From: Cyanophyceae cyanobacterium
GTDB taxonomy: Bacteria; Cyanobacteriota; Cyanobacteriia; Cyanobacteriales; Laspinemataceae
Assembly: GCA_038321985.1 (NCBI GenBank)
Contig: JBBQFN010000019.1
Coordinates: 42,042 to 106,041, forward strand
Reading direction: 5' to 3'
Length of the DNA: 64,000 nucleotides
Position numbers and translations under genes: made by a program. Below, in pieces: positions 1-9,871 of the stretch. Every line of letters starts with the position of its first letter. The stretch's first letter is position 1. Under the pieces are notes generated by a model. That model ran no database searches. It was not told the origin of the DNA and worked only from the letters and a program-made list of their open reading frames with translations.

Positions 1-10
1 GGTCTGAAAA

Positions 11-244
11 TTAGGGAACACTATATTTTTCCCATTCCGACTGAGGAATATTGGCTCCAATTTCAAGGGCGATTTCCCAAATGGGTTTAGGATTGTCCTG
101 AAACTCTACCGCTGTCGGGACGGGATAAGCCGGTTGAGATATTCCTCGGATTTGTTGAACGATTTTTTCCAATAACCAGAGTTTCTCTTCAGAGGATAAA
201 TTTTGAATCGAGTTTTCCAGTTCTAGTAACTTGGCTGAAACCAT
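11..244 (-). pseudogene. Small antitoxin-like hypothetical protein, probably C-terminally truncated
   Basis: 77-aa ORF with RBS-like AGGAG upstream. KPIWEIALEIGANIPQSEWEK resembles small cyanobacterial antitoxin-like proteins (recall). The last codons (TAT AGT GTT CCC TAA) match a MITE end seen elsewhere in the window. Confidence 0.5.
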
Positions 245-578
245 ATTTACTCCTGCTGAGGATTGGTAATCTTTTCTAATTCTTGAGCGAGATTAATCAT
301 TAGTTACTATTTCTATTTTAGAGTAGGACCAACAATTCTACAATTCCCGACATCAGGCCAGGATCCATGTGGAAGGTGCCGATCGCCCGTTGACTCCCCA
401 AATTTGGACGGAGTAGAATCTGTGGCGGACTTCTTCTTCCTAAACCTGGATCCGCCCTGGGAAAGCACTGGATTTCGGCCCCGAAGCCTTAAGATAGAAG
501 AAAGAAATTGAAAGGTAAGTTGCAACAGCCTTCGATGTAACCCCTGCGGTTTTAGTTTTGTTCACGTGTCGCCAAACC

Positions 579-2984
579 ATGACCAAACCCCACTGGCTCG
601 AAATTACTGAATCTGTGGCCCTTGCCGGTTCTGTCCTCGGCACGATCGCCGTTGCTGGGAGTCAACACATCCTTTATGCTGCGGTCCCGTTAACGGTGTC
701 GGTGAGTTTAAATTTGGTGAATCGCCAGCGACTCTACCACCTGAACCAACAGCGAACTGAGGGGGCGATCGCCCAAGTCTATCACTCCCTACAACCCCTC
801 AACCAGCGCTTCGATCGCCTTGAATCCAGCAAGCAAGAGGTGAACTGGCAAACTCAAGAACGCATTAATGACTTACAAGTGTCTCTGCGGGATGAACTGT
901 TCGAGGCGATCGCCCAAGTAGAGGAGAGTTTCCCGGCTATCCCCGAACTCCCCAATCTGGAACCCATCACCGCCCGGATTAATGCTTTGGAATCCCAACT
1001 GGAACAGCAGCGAGATCGCATCGAGGCACAGAAAATGGAGTTAACCGACTCATTGCGCCAGGAGAATGAAGTCGCGATCGCCCGGATCCACGCCGCATTA
1101 GAATCTCTTCCCCCCTTCCCCAACCTCAAACCGTTAGCCGATCGCCTCGAACAACTGGAAATCGCAACAGCACAAGTCAACCAAGAAACCGAACGGCAGA
1201 TTGAATCGTTCACAAAATCCTTGTGGGAACAAACCGAAAAGGCTATCGGGCAAATTTATCAATCCCTCGCCACCTTACCCACTGCGGAAACCCTGGCAAT
1301 CCTCAGCGATCGCCTGAATCAACTGGAATTAACCTCAAATGCGATCGCCCTCGCCTCATCCCAGGAAGAAAACTCCTTAACCCCTAATACGGCTGCACTC
1401 CAAGAGGCAATTCAATCCCTGTCTAATTCCCCCAAATTTGAGGCAATTTACGATCGCCTGCAACAATTAGAAGCACTCAACGAACCGCCAACAGCACCTG
1501 AACTCCAGGAAATTCAAACGACTTTAAACCAACAAAACCAAGAGGCGATCGCCCGAGTCAATAGCGTAATTGAGGCGATCGTCCAGCGTCTCGATCTCCT
1601 AGAAACTGAATCCCGCGCCATCCCTCCTGCAACACTCCCCATCCTAGAACTCCAACCCAAATCCTCATCCCCTCCTCCCGACGCGGGCCAAAATCAACCC
1701 GCTACCCCTTCCCCGACACCGGAAAACACCAGCGAACCGCCTCGGGTCCCTTCCGAATATCGGAAAGAAACAATTTCCGTCAAACCTGCACCACCCACAC
1801 CGCCACCTCCGCCAACTACTGAGGATGAACTGGACGAATGGGACGAAGAAATTGCGCCACTAGAGGACAAAAAGCCGGAGTCCACTCCCGCAGCAGAAGA
1901 CAAACCTTTTCTGTCCAAATTGTCTATTAAACCCCTGACTAAACCTGAATCTCTGACTAAAGCAATGGGGGGAATCGAAACTTCCCTCGGAGAAGTTTTG
2001 GGAGATTTGCAAGGATTTGTCGGCAAATGGCGGGGAGAAAAATCTACCTCGGATTCGCCTTCAACTTCCCCGGATTCTGACGGATTCCCTAACCAAAATT
2101 GGCACTGCATCCGCACGATCGCCGGACATCAAGATGCCGTGAATTGTGTTGCTATTCATCCCGATCTCAAAAAAATGGCCGCCGGGGACGGGGATAATAC
2201 CGTGAAACTGTGGGGGATTCCTGAAGGCAACGAAATCCGAAACTTTAATGGGGAAGACTGGTTTGCTGCCGTGAATGCGATCGCTTTTAGTCCCGATGGG
2301 GGGGCGATCGCCGCAGCAATTGGGGAAGCTGTCGAGGTTTGGGAAGTAACTGAGGGCCGCCCACTCCATCGGTTTACAGGCAGTCTTGAGTCGGTTTATG
2401 GCACCATTTTTCTGCATAACGGCCAACAAATCATAGCCAGTGACAGCCTAGGCACAGTCGCAGTATGGCATCGGGAAACCGGGGAAGAAATTCGCCGATT
2501 TAGCGCCCATACGGGCATCATTCGTGCTTTAGCCACCAGTCCCGACGATCGCATTCTTGCCAGCGCCTCAGAGGATGGGATGATTAAACTCTGGCAGTTA
2601 CAAACGGCACAGGAAATTTGCATTTTAAAGAGTCATAATGCCGGAGTGAATGCGATCGCCTTCAGTCCCGATGGACAACTCCTGGCCAGTGGCAGTAACG
2701 ACATGACCCTAAAACTGTGGCAGGTGAAGTCTGGGGAAGAAATTCGCACCTTTACCGGACATGGAGGGGGGATCTCCGCCGTCACTTTTTCTCCCGATGG
2801 CGAAACCCTAATCAGTGCCAGTGCCGATAAAACCGTTAAACTATGGCATCGCCATACTGGAGAACTGATCCAAACTCTCAAGGGTCATAGCAGTGGGGTA
2901 ACCGGAATTGCTATCAGTCCCGATGGCAAAACCTTAGTCAGTGGTAGCGCAGATAAAACCGTGATGCTTTGGCAGTGTGGATGA
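579..2984 (+). CDS. WD40-repeat protein with N-terminal hydrophobic segment, coiled coil and Pro-rich linker
   Basis: About 7 WD40 repeats (GH...V..VAFSPDG..LASGS.D.T.KLW) at the C-terminus and a heptad-rich Q/E/L region. ATG 579 preferred over TTG 558. Confidence 0.9.
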   Translation: MTKPHWLEITESVALAGSVLGTIAVAGSQHILYAAVPLTVSVSLNLVNRQRLYHLNQQRTEGAIAQVYHSLQPLNQRFDRLESSKQEVNWQTQERINDLQVSLRDELFEAIAQVEESFPAIPELPNLEPITARINALESQLEQQRDRIEAQKMELTDSLRQENEVAIARIHAALESLPPFPNLKPLADRLEQLEIATAQVNQETERQIESFTKSLWEQTEKAIGQIYQSLATLPTAETLAILSDRLNQLELTSNAIALASSQEENSLTPNTAALQEAIQSLSNSPKFEAIYDRLQQLEALNEPPTAPELQEIQTTLNQQNQEAIARVNSVIEAIVQRLDLLETESRAIPPATLPILELQPKSSSPPPDAGQNQPATPSPTPENTSEPPRVPSEYRKETISVKPAPPTPPPPPTTEDELDEWDEEIAPLEDKKPESTPAAEDKPFLSKLSIKPLTKPESLTKAMGGIETSLGEVLGDLQGFVGKWRGEKSTSDSPSTSPDSDGFPNQNWHCIRTIAGHQDAVNCVAIHPDLKKMAAGDGDNTVKLWGIPEGNEIRNFNGEDWFAAVNAIAFSPDGGAIAAAIGEAVEVWEVTEGRPLHRFTGSLESVYGTIFLHNGQQIIASDSLGTVAVWHRETGEEIRRFSAHTGIIRALATSPDDRILASASEDGMIKLWQLQTAQEICILKSHNAGVNAIAFSPDGQLLASGSNDMTLKLWQVKSGEEIRTFTGHGGGISAVTFSPDGETLISASADKTVKLWHRHTGELIQTLKGHSSGVTGIAISPDGKTLVSGSADKTVMLWQCG

Positions 2985-3095
2985 GGATTAACTGACAAAA
3001 TCAATACCCTGACTATGGCTCAGTGTCCGTTGAGATACGCAGGGATACAAACTTTAGGATAGCCCCCGAATAAGCTCTTTAAGTAAACCTCCAAA

Positions 3096-4589
3096 ATGCC
3101 CAAACAACTTGCTTTTGAATTTGACCAAAATTTTCAAGATATTTCATCTCAAAAAGTTGCTCGCCCCAAGGGATATTCGGGTTTATATGGATTTCATAAA
3201 TACTGGGGTAAAAAACCCTGGGAGCCCTTGGCTTTAATCATTGAGCAGTTAACTCAAGAGGGTGATATTATTGTGGACCCTTTTGTGGGGTCAGGGACAT
3301 CGGCGCGGGAATCTCTCCTCCGTAATCGTAGGTTTATTGGATTTGATATTAATCCAGTGGCAATCGAACTAACAAATTTAATGGTTTCTCCACCGGATTA
3401 TTTTGTGATTAGTGATGCCTTTCTAAGTCTGGAAAAAAATGTAAAAAACTCCATTAATGAAACCTATAAATTATCAGATGGTCGCATTGCGTCACATTAT
3501 CTTTGGAAGCAGGATGTATTAAATCAAGTTTGGTTAAGGGGCGGACCTAAAAATTCCCGGTTAGAATTGTCTCCAACGGCACAGGATATAGAGCTTGCCC
3601 AAAAATTTACCCCCTATACTAGCCAATACATTCGCAATCTTCGCTTTTTTTCTAATGGAAGAATTAATGCCAGTCCGACTTTATCAATTGCCGATTTGAT
3701 GACAGGTCGAGCTCAATACAATATCGACTTGATTCTCAACCAAATTAAAACCCTTCCGCAGGACTCTCAACGGGCAATTTATTTATGTCTCACCGCTGCA
3801 TCTGGACAGATGAGCAAAATGGTTTTTGCGGTTACCAATAGAGGAAAAAATAAGGGGAATATATCGGAAAAGGTTGAGGTGGGAAGCTGGGTGATTGGAT
3901 ATTGGCGACCCGAATTACATTTTGAGGTTAATGTTTGGAATTGTTTTGAAAGACGAGTTTCTAAACTTCTTAAGGCCATCTCTGACTATGACCCCCTAGA
4001 AAAAAGGAATATCTGTGACTCCCTAGAACAATTTTATCAGAACTCTTCAGACTGTTGTATTTTATATGGGCCTTGTCAAAATGAAATTGAAAAAATACCT
4101 AAAAAATCAGTTAATCTGATTTTAACAGATCCCCCTCATAGCGATCGCATCCCTTACTTAGAATTAAGCGAATTATGGAATAGTATTTTAGGAATAGAAC
4201 CGATTTTTGAATCGGAAATTATTATTTCTAATGCTAAGGAACGGAGGAAAACCCCGGATCTTTACATAAGTGCGATGATAGATTTCCTGGCAAAATGCTC
4301 AACTGTCATGAGAGACGATGCTTTTCTAGTGCTACTATATAATTCTAGGCAATCGGACCGTTGGGGATTTATCCAGCCATTTCTTGACGGCTCCGAAACT
4401 TCAGCGGGTTTACAATATCTGGGACAGTTCCCCTGTACCTATTCAGCCGGATCCGTTGTCCAAGATACCAGAAAAGGCGGGTTAAAACATGATGTGGCTT
4501 TAATTTTTGGAAAATCAAAGTCTAATTTAAGTAAAATTGCTAAACTCAAAAATATTCCAGGCTGGTCCGGTACATTTATGGGTCAATGA
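3096..4589 (+). CDS. Amino (N6-adenine/N4-cytosine) DNA methyltransferase
   Basis: HKYWGKKP, then SAM-binding motif I DPFVGSGT..GFDINP near the N-terminus and motif IV-like ILTDPPH near the C-terminus. Confidence 0.85.
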   Translation: MPKQLAFEFDQNFQDISSQKVARPKGYSGLYGFHKYWGKKPWEPLALIIEQLTQEGDIIVDPFVGSGTSARESLLRNRRFIGFDINPVAIELTNLMVSPPDYFVISDAFLSLEKNVKNSINETYKLSDGRIASHYLWKQDVLNQVWLRGGPKNSRLELSPTAQDIELAQKFTPYTSQYIRNLRFFSNGRINASPTLSIADLMTGRAQYNIDLILNQIKTLPQDSQRAIYLCLTAASGQMSKMVFAVTNRGKNKGNISEKVEVGSWVIGYWRPELHFEVNVWNCFERRVSKLLKAISDYDPLEKRNICDSLEQFYQNSSDCCILYGPCQNEIEKIPKKSVNLILTDPPHSDRIPYLELSELWNSILGIEPIFESEIIISNAKERRKTPDLYISAMIDFLAKCSTVMRDDAFLVLLYNSRQSDRWGFIQPFLDGSETSAGLQYLGQFPCTYSAGSVVQDTRKGGLKHDVALIFGKSKSNLSKIAKLKNIPGWSGTFMGQ

Positions 4590-4601
4590 ACAAGTAAAAT
4601 T

Positions 4602-5696
4602 ATGGATTTTAAGACGGCACAATCTTGGTTTAAATATGACAGAATTAAGGATTTATCGCAATCTCCTCTAGGTCTCCGGTTTCTCAAGTTGCGTTCTTTA
4701 TCTCGCCGGCAATACCTAGAGGCTTTATTCGCTTCTGTAGGGGTGACACCTACATCCACTTTATTACGGGATTTACTTAAAGAAGCCTTTGAAACCGACT
4801 CCATTACGGAAGTCGTCATCGATTCTACTATTCGACATTTTTATACCCTAGAGAGACAAACGCGCCAAACAGAAGAACTGGAACTGGTCAATCAACTCTA
4901 TCGATTAGATTTGTATGACTGGGGTGGGCTTCATCAAAATAGCCTGGAAAAAACCATCGTTAACAACTATGTAAAACAAATCCGGAACTACGATAACTTA
5001 TCAGCAAGTATAGAAAATGAGCTTCATCATAGTATGCGAGGTTACGTTTTATGTTCGTGGTATAATCATTGGACCTCGATTATAATTGAGGATATTTTTC
5101 GGGACCATCCAGCAGTCTTACCAGCCGTTGGATTAATTAAAAAAATAGATTTTTTCATTAGGGATATTCCCTTTGATTTGAAAGTTACTTATTTTCCTGA
5201 GGGTTATATTAAGGACTGCCGTCCTTTAGCGAATGAACGCTCAGAACTGACCCTGCTTAAACAATGGGCGCGTCAGTTTAATATCAGATTTAGCCAAGAG
5301 CTATCTGAGAGTTTATTGCTTTCTGACTTGTGGAAGAAGGCCAGGGATCATCCTTCAGTGACTTCTCAAAATTTGATAAGAGAACTGAGCCATTTCCGAC
5401 GTCAACTGATTGAGCAGACCCAAATCAACCCAGAGGGCTTGATTACCTGGCTATATGAGAATCAAGGAGTTCGGAGATTTGATGCTTCAAATCGGTTGTT
5501 TCTTATTCTCATAGACTTAGACGATTTCTTTGCCTCGTGGAAATTGAAACGTGCTCATCCACTTCTGAACTCTGGGATAGGGGCTTTTTTAGATAATATA
5601 TCAGCCTCGCCTGGACGAGAATTAAATTTTAATTGGGATGGAGAACGTTACACCGTAGTATCCGATGCCATCATTATTACTAAACCTCAGAGATAA
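4602..5696 (+). CDS. Putative restriction endonuclease (PD-(D/E)xK-like)
   Basis: 364 aa, 12 bp downstream of the methyltransferase. IEDIF...KIDFFIRDIPFDLKVT fits an E...D...(D/E)xK catalytic pattern. Confidence 0.6.
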   Translation: MDFKTAQSWFKYDRIKDLSQSPLGLRFLKLRSLSRRQYLEALFASVGVTPTSTLLRDLLKEAFETDSITEVVIDSTIRHFYTLERQTRQTEELELVNQLYRLDLYDWGGLHQNSLEKTIVNNYVKQIRNYDNLSASIENELHHSMRGYVLCSWYNHWTSIIIEDIFRDHPAVLPAVGLIKKIDFFIRDIPFDLKVTYFPEGYIKDCRPLANERSELTLLKQWARQFNIRFSQELSESLLLSDLWKKARDHPSVTSQNLIRELSHFRRQLIEQTQINPEGLITWLYENQGVRRFDASNRLFLILIDLDDFFASWKLKRAHPLLNSGIGAFLDNISASPGRELNFNWDGERYTVVSDAIIITKPQR

Positions 5697-6043
5697 TTAA
5701 CGTTAGAACCGCTCAAACCCATCCGCGAATTTATGCTTCTTATGTTTTTGGCTAATTGCATCAATCCTGATTCTCTCCATGAGGAGAGGACATAATCGGC
5801 AAGTCCTATCCAAAATTGATGAAGACTGGATCCAATCAAACGTCATCCTGACCAGAGTGATGGAAAAGATTGGGGACTGAGGAGCCTACAAGGGACTTCC
5901 CCCTGGCCTCAGCCCCAATCTGGTGCGTAAAGTCCCCGTCAATCGTCAAGGTTTGTCAGGGGATTATCGCCTGAGTCGGGGCTTTCCAGGCATTCTGTAG
6001 CCAACCGATTACTATTAAGTTATCCCCATGCTGGCTTGTCCCT

Positions 6044-7552
6044 ATGAGCTATTGTTTGAATCCCGACTGTCAAAAACCTCAAAACCCAGCAGGCTATAAC
6101 TTTTGCCATAATTGCGGCGCAAAGCTGCTATTGGGCGATCGCTATCGTGCGCTTAAATCTATTGGACAGGGTGGGTTTGGCCGGACTTTCCTGGCGATCG
6201 ATGAATACAAACCTTCAAAACCCCGCTGCGTTATCAAGCAATTTTTTCCCCAATTCCAAACTACTCAGAACGCACAAAAGGCAGCCGAACTTTTTAAGAA
6301 AGAAGCGGTACGGTTAGATGATTTAGGAAGCCATCCGCAAATTCCGGCCCTATTGGCTCATTTTGATGCAGAGAGTTATCAATATTTAGTCCAAGAATTT
6401 ATTGATGGGCAAACCTTAGCCCAAGAGTTGGAAACAGAGGGCGCATTCTCGGAAACTAAAGTTCGCCAGGTGCTGTTAAATTTACTCCCGGTCCTGCAAT
6501 TCCTTCATGAAAAGCAAGTGATTCACCGGGATATTAAGCCTGAAAATATCATTCGCCGCGCACCAATAACGGAGATTTTAGAAGCGCGGAACGACGGGGG
6601 AGGCGATCGCGATCAGTTTCAATCGAGTCAACTGGTTTTAGTTGATTTTGGTGCAGCTAAATTTGCAACAGCAACCGCCGTGGGAAGGACGGGAACTGTG
6701 ATTGGTACGGCTGGATATGTCGCCCCAGAGCAATTTCTCGGACAAGCGGTTCCCGCGAGTGATTTGTATTGTTTGGGAGTGACTTGCATCCAATTACTGA
6801 CCGGGACTGCCCCCTTTGATTTATTTGATGTCAAGGAAGGGCTTTGGCATTGGCGTGATTTTCTGGAGTTTCCAGTGGTTCATGAATTTGCTAAAATTTT
6901 AGACCGATTATTGGAAGCCAATCTCAATCAACGGTATCATTCAGCACCGGAAGTCCTGACGGATTTGGACTGGTTACCCCCCGTCCCTCATCGGACAACT
7001 GCGAGGCCAAAACCTTCTCCAGGAGTCAGGAGTAATCCCCAATCGCCACCCCCAACTAATCCCTCAATTGTCTCGCGATTAATGGGGGCAACGCCGCAAA
7101 TGATCAAAGGCACAATTTTGGAGAACTTTGGCAAATATGAAGCGGCGATCGCCTCTTATGACCAAGCCATCTCCCTCAAGCCAGATAATGCCGATGCTTG
7201 GTACAAAAAAGCCCGTCTCTGTGCGGAAATGGGTAATCATGAAGGTGCCTTATTCGGATATGAAAAAACCGTGGAATTGAAGCCATCTCGCTGGGACGCA
7301 TGGCGCGATCGGGGCATAATTCTGTATAAACTGCGGCGCTATCAAGAGGCAACTTCCAGTTATTTAAAAGCATTACAATTTCAACCCAGTCAACCCTTAA
7401 TCTGGTTATTAATGAGTATGTCTATCAAGCAAGTGGGCAATCATAAAGAAGCCCAAACCACCTTAGAACAAGCCGGACAACTCATGCCAGAACGGGATAG
7501 CGATCAAGCTACAATTTTATGGCAAGCCTGGGAAATTTTAATTAAAAATTGA
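6044..7552 (+). CDS. Ser/Thr protein kinase with N-terminal 4-Cys motif and C-terminal TPR repeats
   Basis: CLNPDC..CHNCG prefix; IGQGGFG, VIK, HRDIKPEN, DFG, GTAGYVAPE; TPR repeats (YEAAIASYDQAISLKPDNADAWY). Confidence 0.95.
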   Translation: MSYCLNPDCQKPQNPAGYNFCHNCGAKLLLGDRYRALKSIGQGGFGRTFLAIDEYKPSKPRCVIKQFFPQFQTTQNAQKAAELFKKEAVRLDDLGSHPQIPALLAHFDAESYQYLVQEFIDGQTLAQELETEGAFSETKVRQVLLNLLPVLQFLHEKQVIHRDIKPENIIRRAPITEILEARNDGGGDRDQFQSSQLVLVDFGAAKFATATAVGRTGTVIGTAGYVAPEQFLGQAVPASDLYCLGVTCIQLLTGTAPFDLFDVKEGLWHWRDFLEFPVVHEFAKILDRLLEANLNQRYHSAPEVLTDLDWLPPVPHRTTARPKPSPGVRSNPQSPPPTNPSIVSRLMGATPQMIKGTILENFGKYEAAIASYDQAISLKPDNADAWYKKARLCAEMGNHEGALFGYEKTVELKPSRWDAWRDRGIILYKLRRYQEATSSYLKALQFQPSQPLIWLLMSMSIKQVGNHKEAQTTLEQAGQLMPERDSDQATILWQAWEILIKN

Positions 7553-7587
7553 GGAAAATTGATTCGGTTTCTGAATCAATAAAAATT

Positions 7588-8775
7588 ATGAAAATTAACT
7601 CTGAGGGACCAAAATATTATGATGCAGTGATGGGCGGTCACTATTCGCCCCCGCCAGGATCCGCAGTATTGGGGGGTCTGACGGGGATTCAAACTCGCTT
7701 GGCAATGCTGGATATTCCCGTTAAAGTTTCAGCGCTAAAAGAGGCGTTAAATTACGGTCAGGCCGGTTTAGAGTTAGTCATTACCGCGTTAAAAGATGAG
7801 TGTGAAACCGTGCGGCGATCGGCCTTTTTATTACTCAAACACCGAACCGAACCCACGGCGATCGCCGCCTTAAAAAAGTTTAATCCTTATCGTTTTTTTG
7901 AATGCGTTAACACCATTAATGCCCATCGAAGTTGGGTTTTATCCCTCGCCTTTAGTCCTACCGGACGCCAAATTGCCAGCGCGAGTAAGGATAAAACCAT
8001 TAAATTGTGGGTTCGGGATACGGGACGAAAATTGTACACCCTCAAAGGTCACAATCATTGGGTATCGGCAGTGGCATATAGTCCGCGATCGCCCATTCTC
8101 GTTAGTGGCAGTTGGGACTCCACCATCAAACTTTGGCAACGCCTTGGGGAAAGCGAACTTTATAGCTTCCCGGGAGACAGCGAAATTTATGCGATCGCCA
8201 TCAGTCCCGACGGAGAATTTATCGCCGGTGGCAGTGGCGATAAAACCATCAAACTCATTGATATCGCCAAAAAACAGCAAGTTAGAACCTTAATCGGACA
8301 TCAGGGTTATGCGATGGCAGTTGCATTTAGTCCCAATAGCCAACTCGTTGCTAGCGGCAGCAGTGACAAAACCATCAAACTCTGGCATCGAGAAAGCGGA
8401 AGAGAACTTTATACCCTAACCGGACATTGGGAACAAGTCTGTGCGATCGCCTTTAGTCCCGACGGCCAAACCCTCGCCAGCAGCAGCTTTGACCAAACTA
8501 TCAACCTCTGGCAAGTCCAAACCGGACGCCATATTTGCACCCTCCTCGGTCATACCCATTGGGTCTATGCGATCGCCTTTAGTCCCGATGGACAAACCCT
8601 CGCCAGTTGCAGTCGCGATAACAGCGTGAAATTATGGCAAGTCAAAACAGGCCGAGAAATCCGCACCCTCCCGGGTCACTCCCGCGCCACTTGTGCAGTT
8701 GCCTTCAGTCCTGACGGACAAACCCTAGCAACAGGCGGCGATGATGGCACGATTAAGATTTGGGAATGGCATTGA
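7588..8775 (+). CDS. WD40-repeat protein with N-terminal cyanobacterial P..YDAV.GG domain
   Basis: 7 WD40 repeats. Start is ATG 7588, or TTG 7549 which overlaps the kinase stop. Confidence 0.9.
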   Translation: MKINSEGPKYYDAVMGGHYSPPPGSAVLGGLTGIQTRLAMLDIPVKVSALKEALNYGQAGLELVITALKDECETVRRSAFLLLKHRTEPTAIAALKKFNPYRFFECVNTINAHRSWVLSLAFSPTGRQIASASKDKTIKLWVRDTGRKLYTLKGHNHWVSAVAYSPRSPILVSGSWDSTIKLWQRLGESELYSFPGDSEIYAIAISPDGEFIAGGSGDKTIKLIDIAKKQQVRTLIGHQGYAMAVAFSPNSQLVASGSSDKTIKLWHRESGRELYTLTGHWEQVCAIAFSPDGQTLASSSFDQTINLWQVQTGRHICTLLGHTHWVYAIAFSPDGQTLASCSRDNSVKLWQVKTGREIRTLPGHSRATCAVAFSPDGQTLATGGDDGTIKIWEWH

Positions 8776-8796
8776 AGGGAGGATGGTATTGTTACA

Positions 8797-8835
8797 GCAG
8801 AGATTAGAAATCCAGTTTCTTAACAATATCTCTGC
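8797..8835. repeat. Imperfect intergenic inverted repeat (GCAGAGAT...AGAAA-TCCAG-TTTCT...ATCTCTGC)
   Basis: Nested inverted repeats just downstream of the WD40 stop; could act as a terminator or be a dispersed repeat. Confidence 0.4.
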
Positions 8836-9060
8836 TTAAGTTCGCACCTATTAAGTCTCTTTAATAATTACTAAATTTAACAGTTTGAATGAATTATCAA
8901 TCATCAGGAGAAACCCATGTTAAGAGTATTACAACAGACCGTAAAAGTCGGAACAGGAGGCAAAGCTGACTATTGGCCCTGTGATTCAGGTGATCCGATA
9001 ACCCAGTTTGTAGTAAAAATGCTGTACTGTAGGGAGATCATCTTCAATTGTTTTCTGATT

Positions 9061-9702
9061 GTGCCATTCGACTCTCATCCCTACGCGATCGCCTTCCATA
9101 CCAGCAGTCCCGAACTGGGTCTAGCTTTGAGCAATTTTGCTGAAACTAACCGGTGCCAAACTTGGGATCTGGGGCGATCGCTTGCCACTCACTTGCACTG
9201 CTATCTTACCGAGTTTATCTCCCCTCAAACTTGGCAGGATTTTGCTTTTCTGGCCGTTGCCAAAGGACCTGGTAGCTTTACCGGGACCCGCATTGGGGTC
9301 GTTACTGCCCGGATTCTTGCCCAGCAACTCAATATTCCCTTATTTGCAATTTCTAGTTTAGCGGCAGTCGCCTGGTCCCAAACTCGCAGTCAGACTGACA
9401 GCAACCCCAGGGCGATCGCCCTGCAAATGCCCGCCCAACGGGGTCACCTCTTCACCGCAATTTATGAAATCACACCCACCGCAGCAATTCCGCTACTTCC
9501 CGATGCCGTCCTTACCCCGCAACAGTGGGAAGAGACTCTCGGCACTTGTTCTAGTCCTTATCAATTAATCCAAGTCCCAGAAAATTTAGGGTCTACCGTG
9601 TCCAGTCTTCTGAAACTCGCCCATCTGGAATGGCAACAGGGAAAACGTCCCCTCAGTTCCGAAGCCCTGCCCTTTTACGGACAGCATCCCGTAGACCAGT
9701 AA
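9061..9702 (+). CDS. tsaB: tRNA threonylcarbamoyladenosine biosynthesis protein TsaB
   Basis: AIAFHTSSPELGLA, AVAKGPGSFTGTRIG, ALPFYGQHPV. The ORF is open from 8917, but TsaB-like sequence starts near GTG 9061. Confidence 0.92.
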   Translation: MPFDSHPYAIAFHTSSPELGLALSNFAETNRCQTWDLGRSLATHLHCYLTEFISPQTWQDFAFLAVAKGPGSFTGTRIGVVTARILAQQLNIPLFAISSLAAVAWSQTRSQTDSNPRAIALQMPAQRGHLFTAIYEITPTAAIPLLPDAVLTPQQWEETLGTCSSPYQLIQVPENLGSTVSSLLKLAHLEWQQGKRPLSSEALPFYGQHPVDQ

Positions 9703-9803
9703 AGGATCCCGCCGAACAAAACCGCCTGTTGCTTTAATCCTAGGGCAACAGCACTCCCCTTTCCTCTTTATGAACTTGCTTAAAACCTAGATACTCTAAA
9801 TTC

Positions 9804-9856
9804 AGCCCGCGTAGGCGGGCTTTGTTTCTATAGCCCCACCCTTGAGGGTGCGGGGC
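9804..9856. repeat. Double-hairpin dispersed repeat (REP-like) between convergent genes
   Basis: AGCCCGC-GTAG-GCGGGCT followed by GCCCCACCCT-TG-AGGGTGCGGGGC, between tsaB and psb29. Confidence 0.6.
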
Positions 9857-9871
9857 CAGGGCCGTGAGTTC

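Noticed and set aside
854..2881. Several antisense ORFs (75-140 aa) inside the WD40 gene, and similar shadow ORFs throughout the window
   Set aside because: They lie fully within well-supported genes and show no recognisable motifs.
3096..5696. Idea that the RM pair targets the HIP1 core (CGATCG)
   Set aside because: Nothing in the sequence indicates specificity, so this is speculation without methylome data.
5779..5880. Short ORF MRRGHNRQVLSKIDEDWIQSNVILTRVMEKIGD after the nuclease
   Set aside because: Only 33 codons with no recognisable family; could be a gene remnant but cannot be supported without a search.
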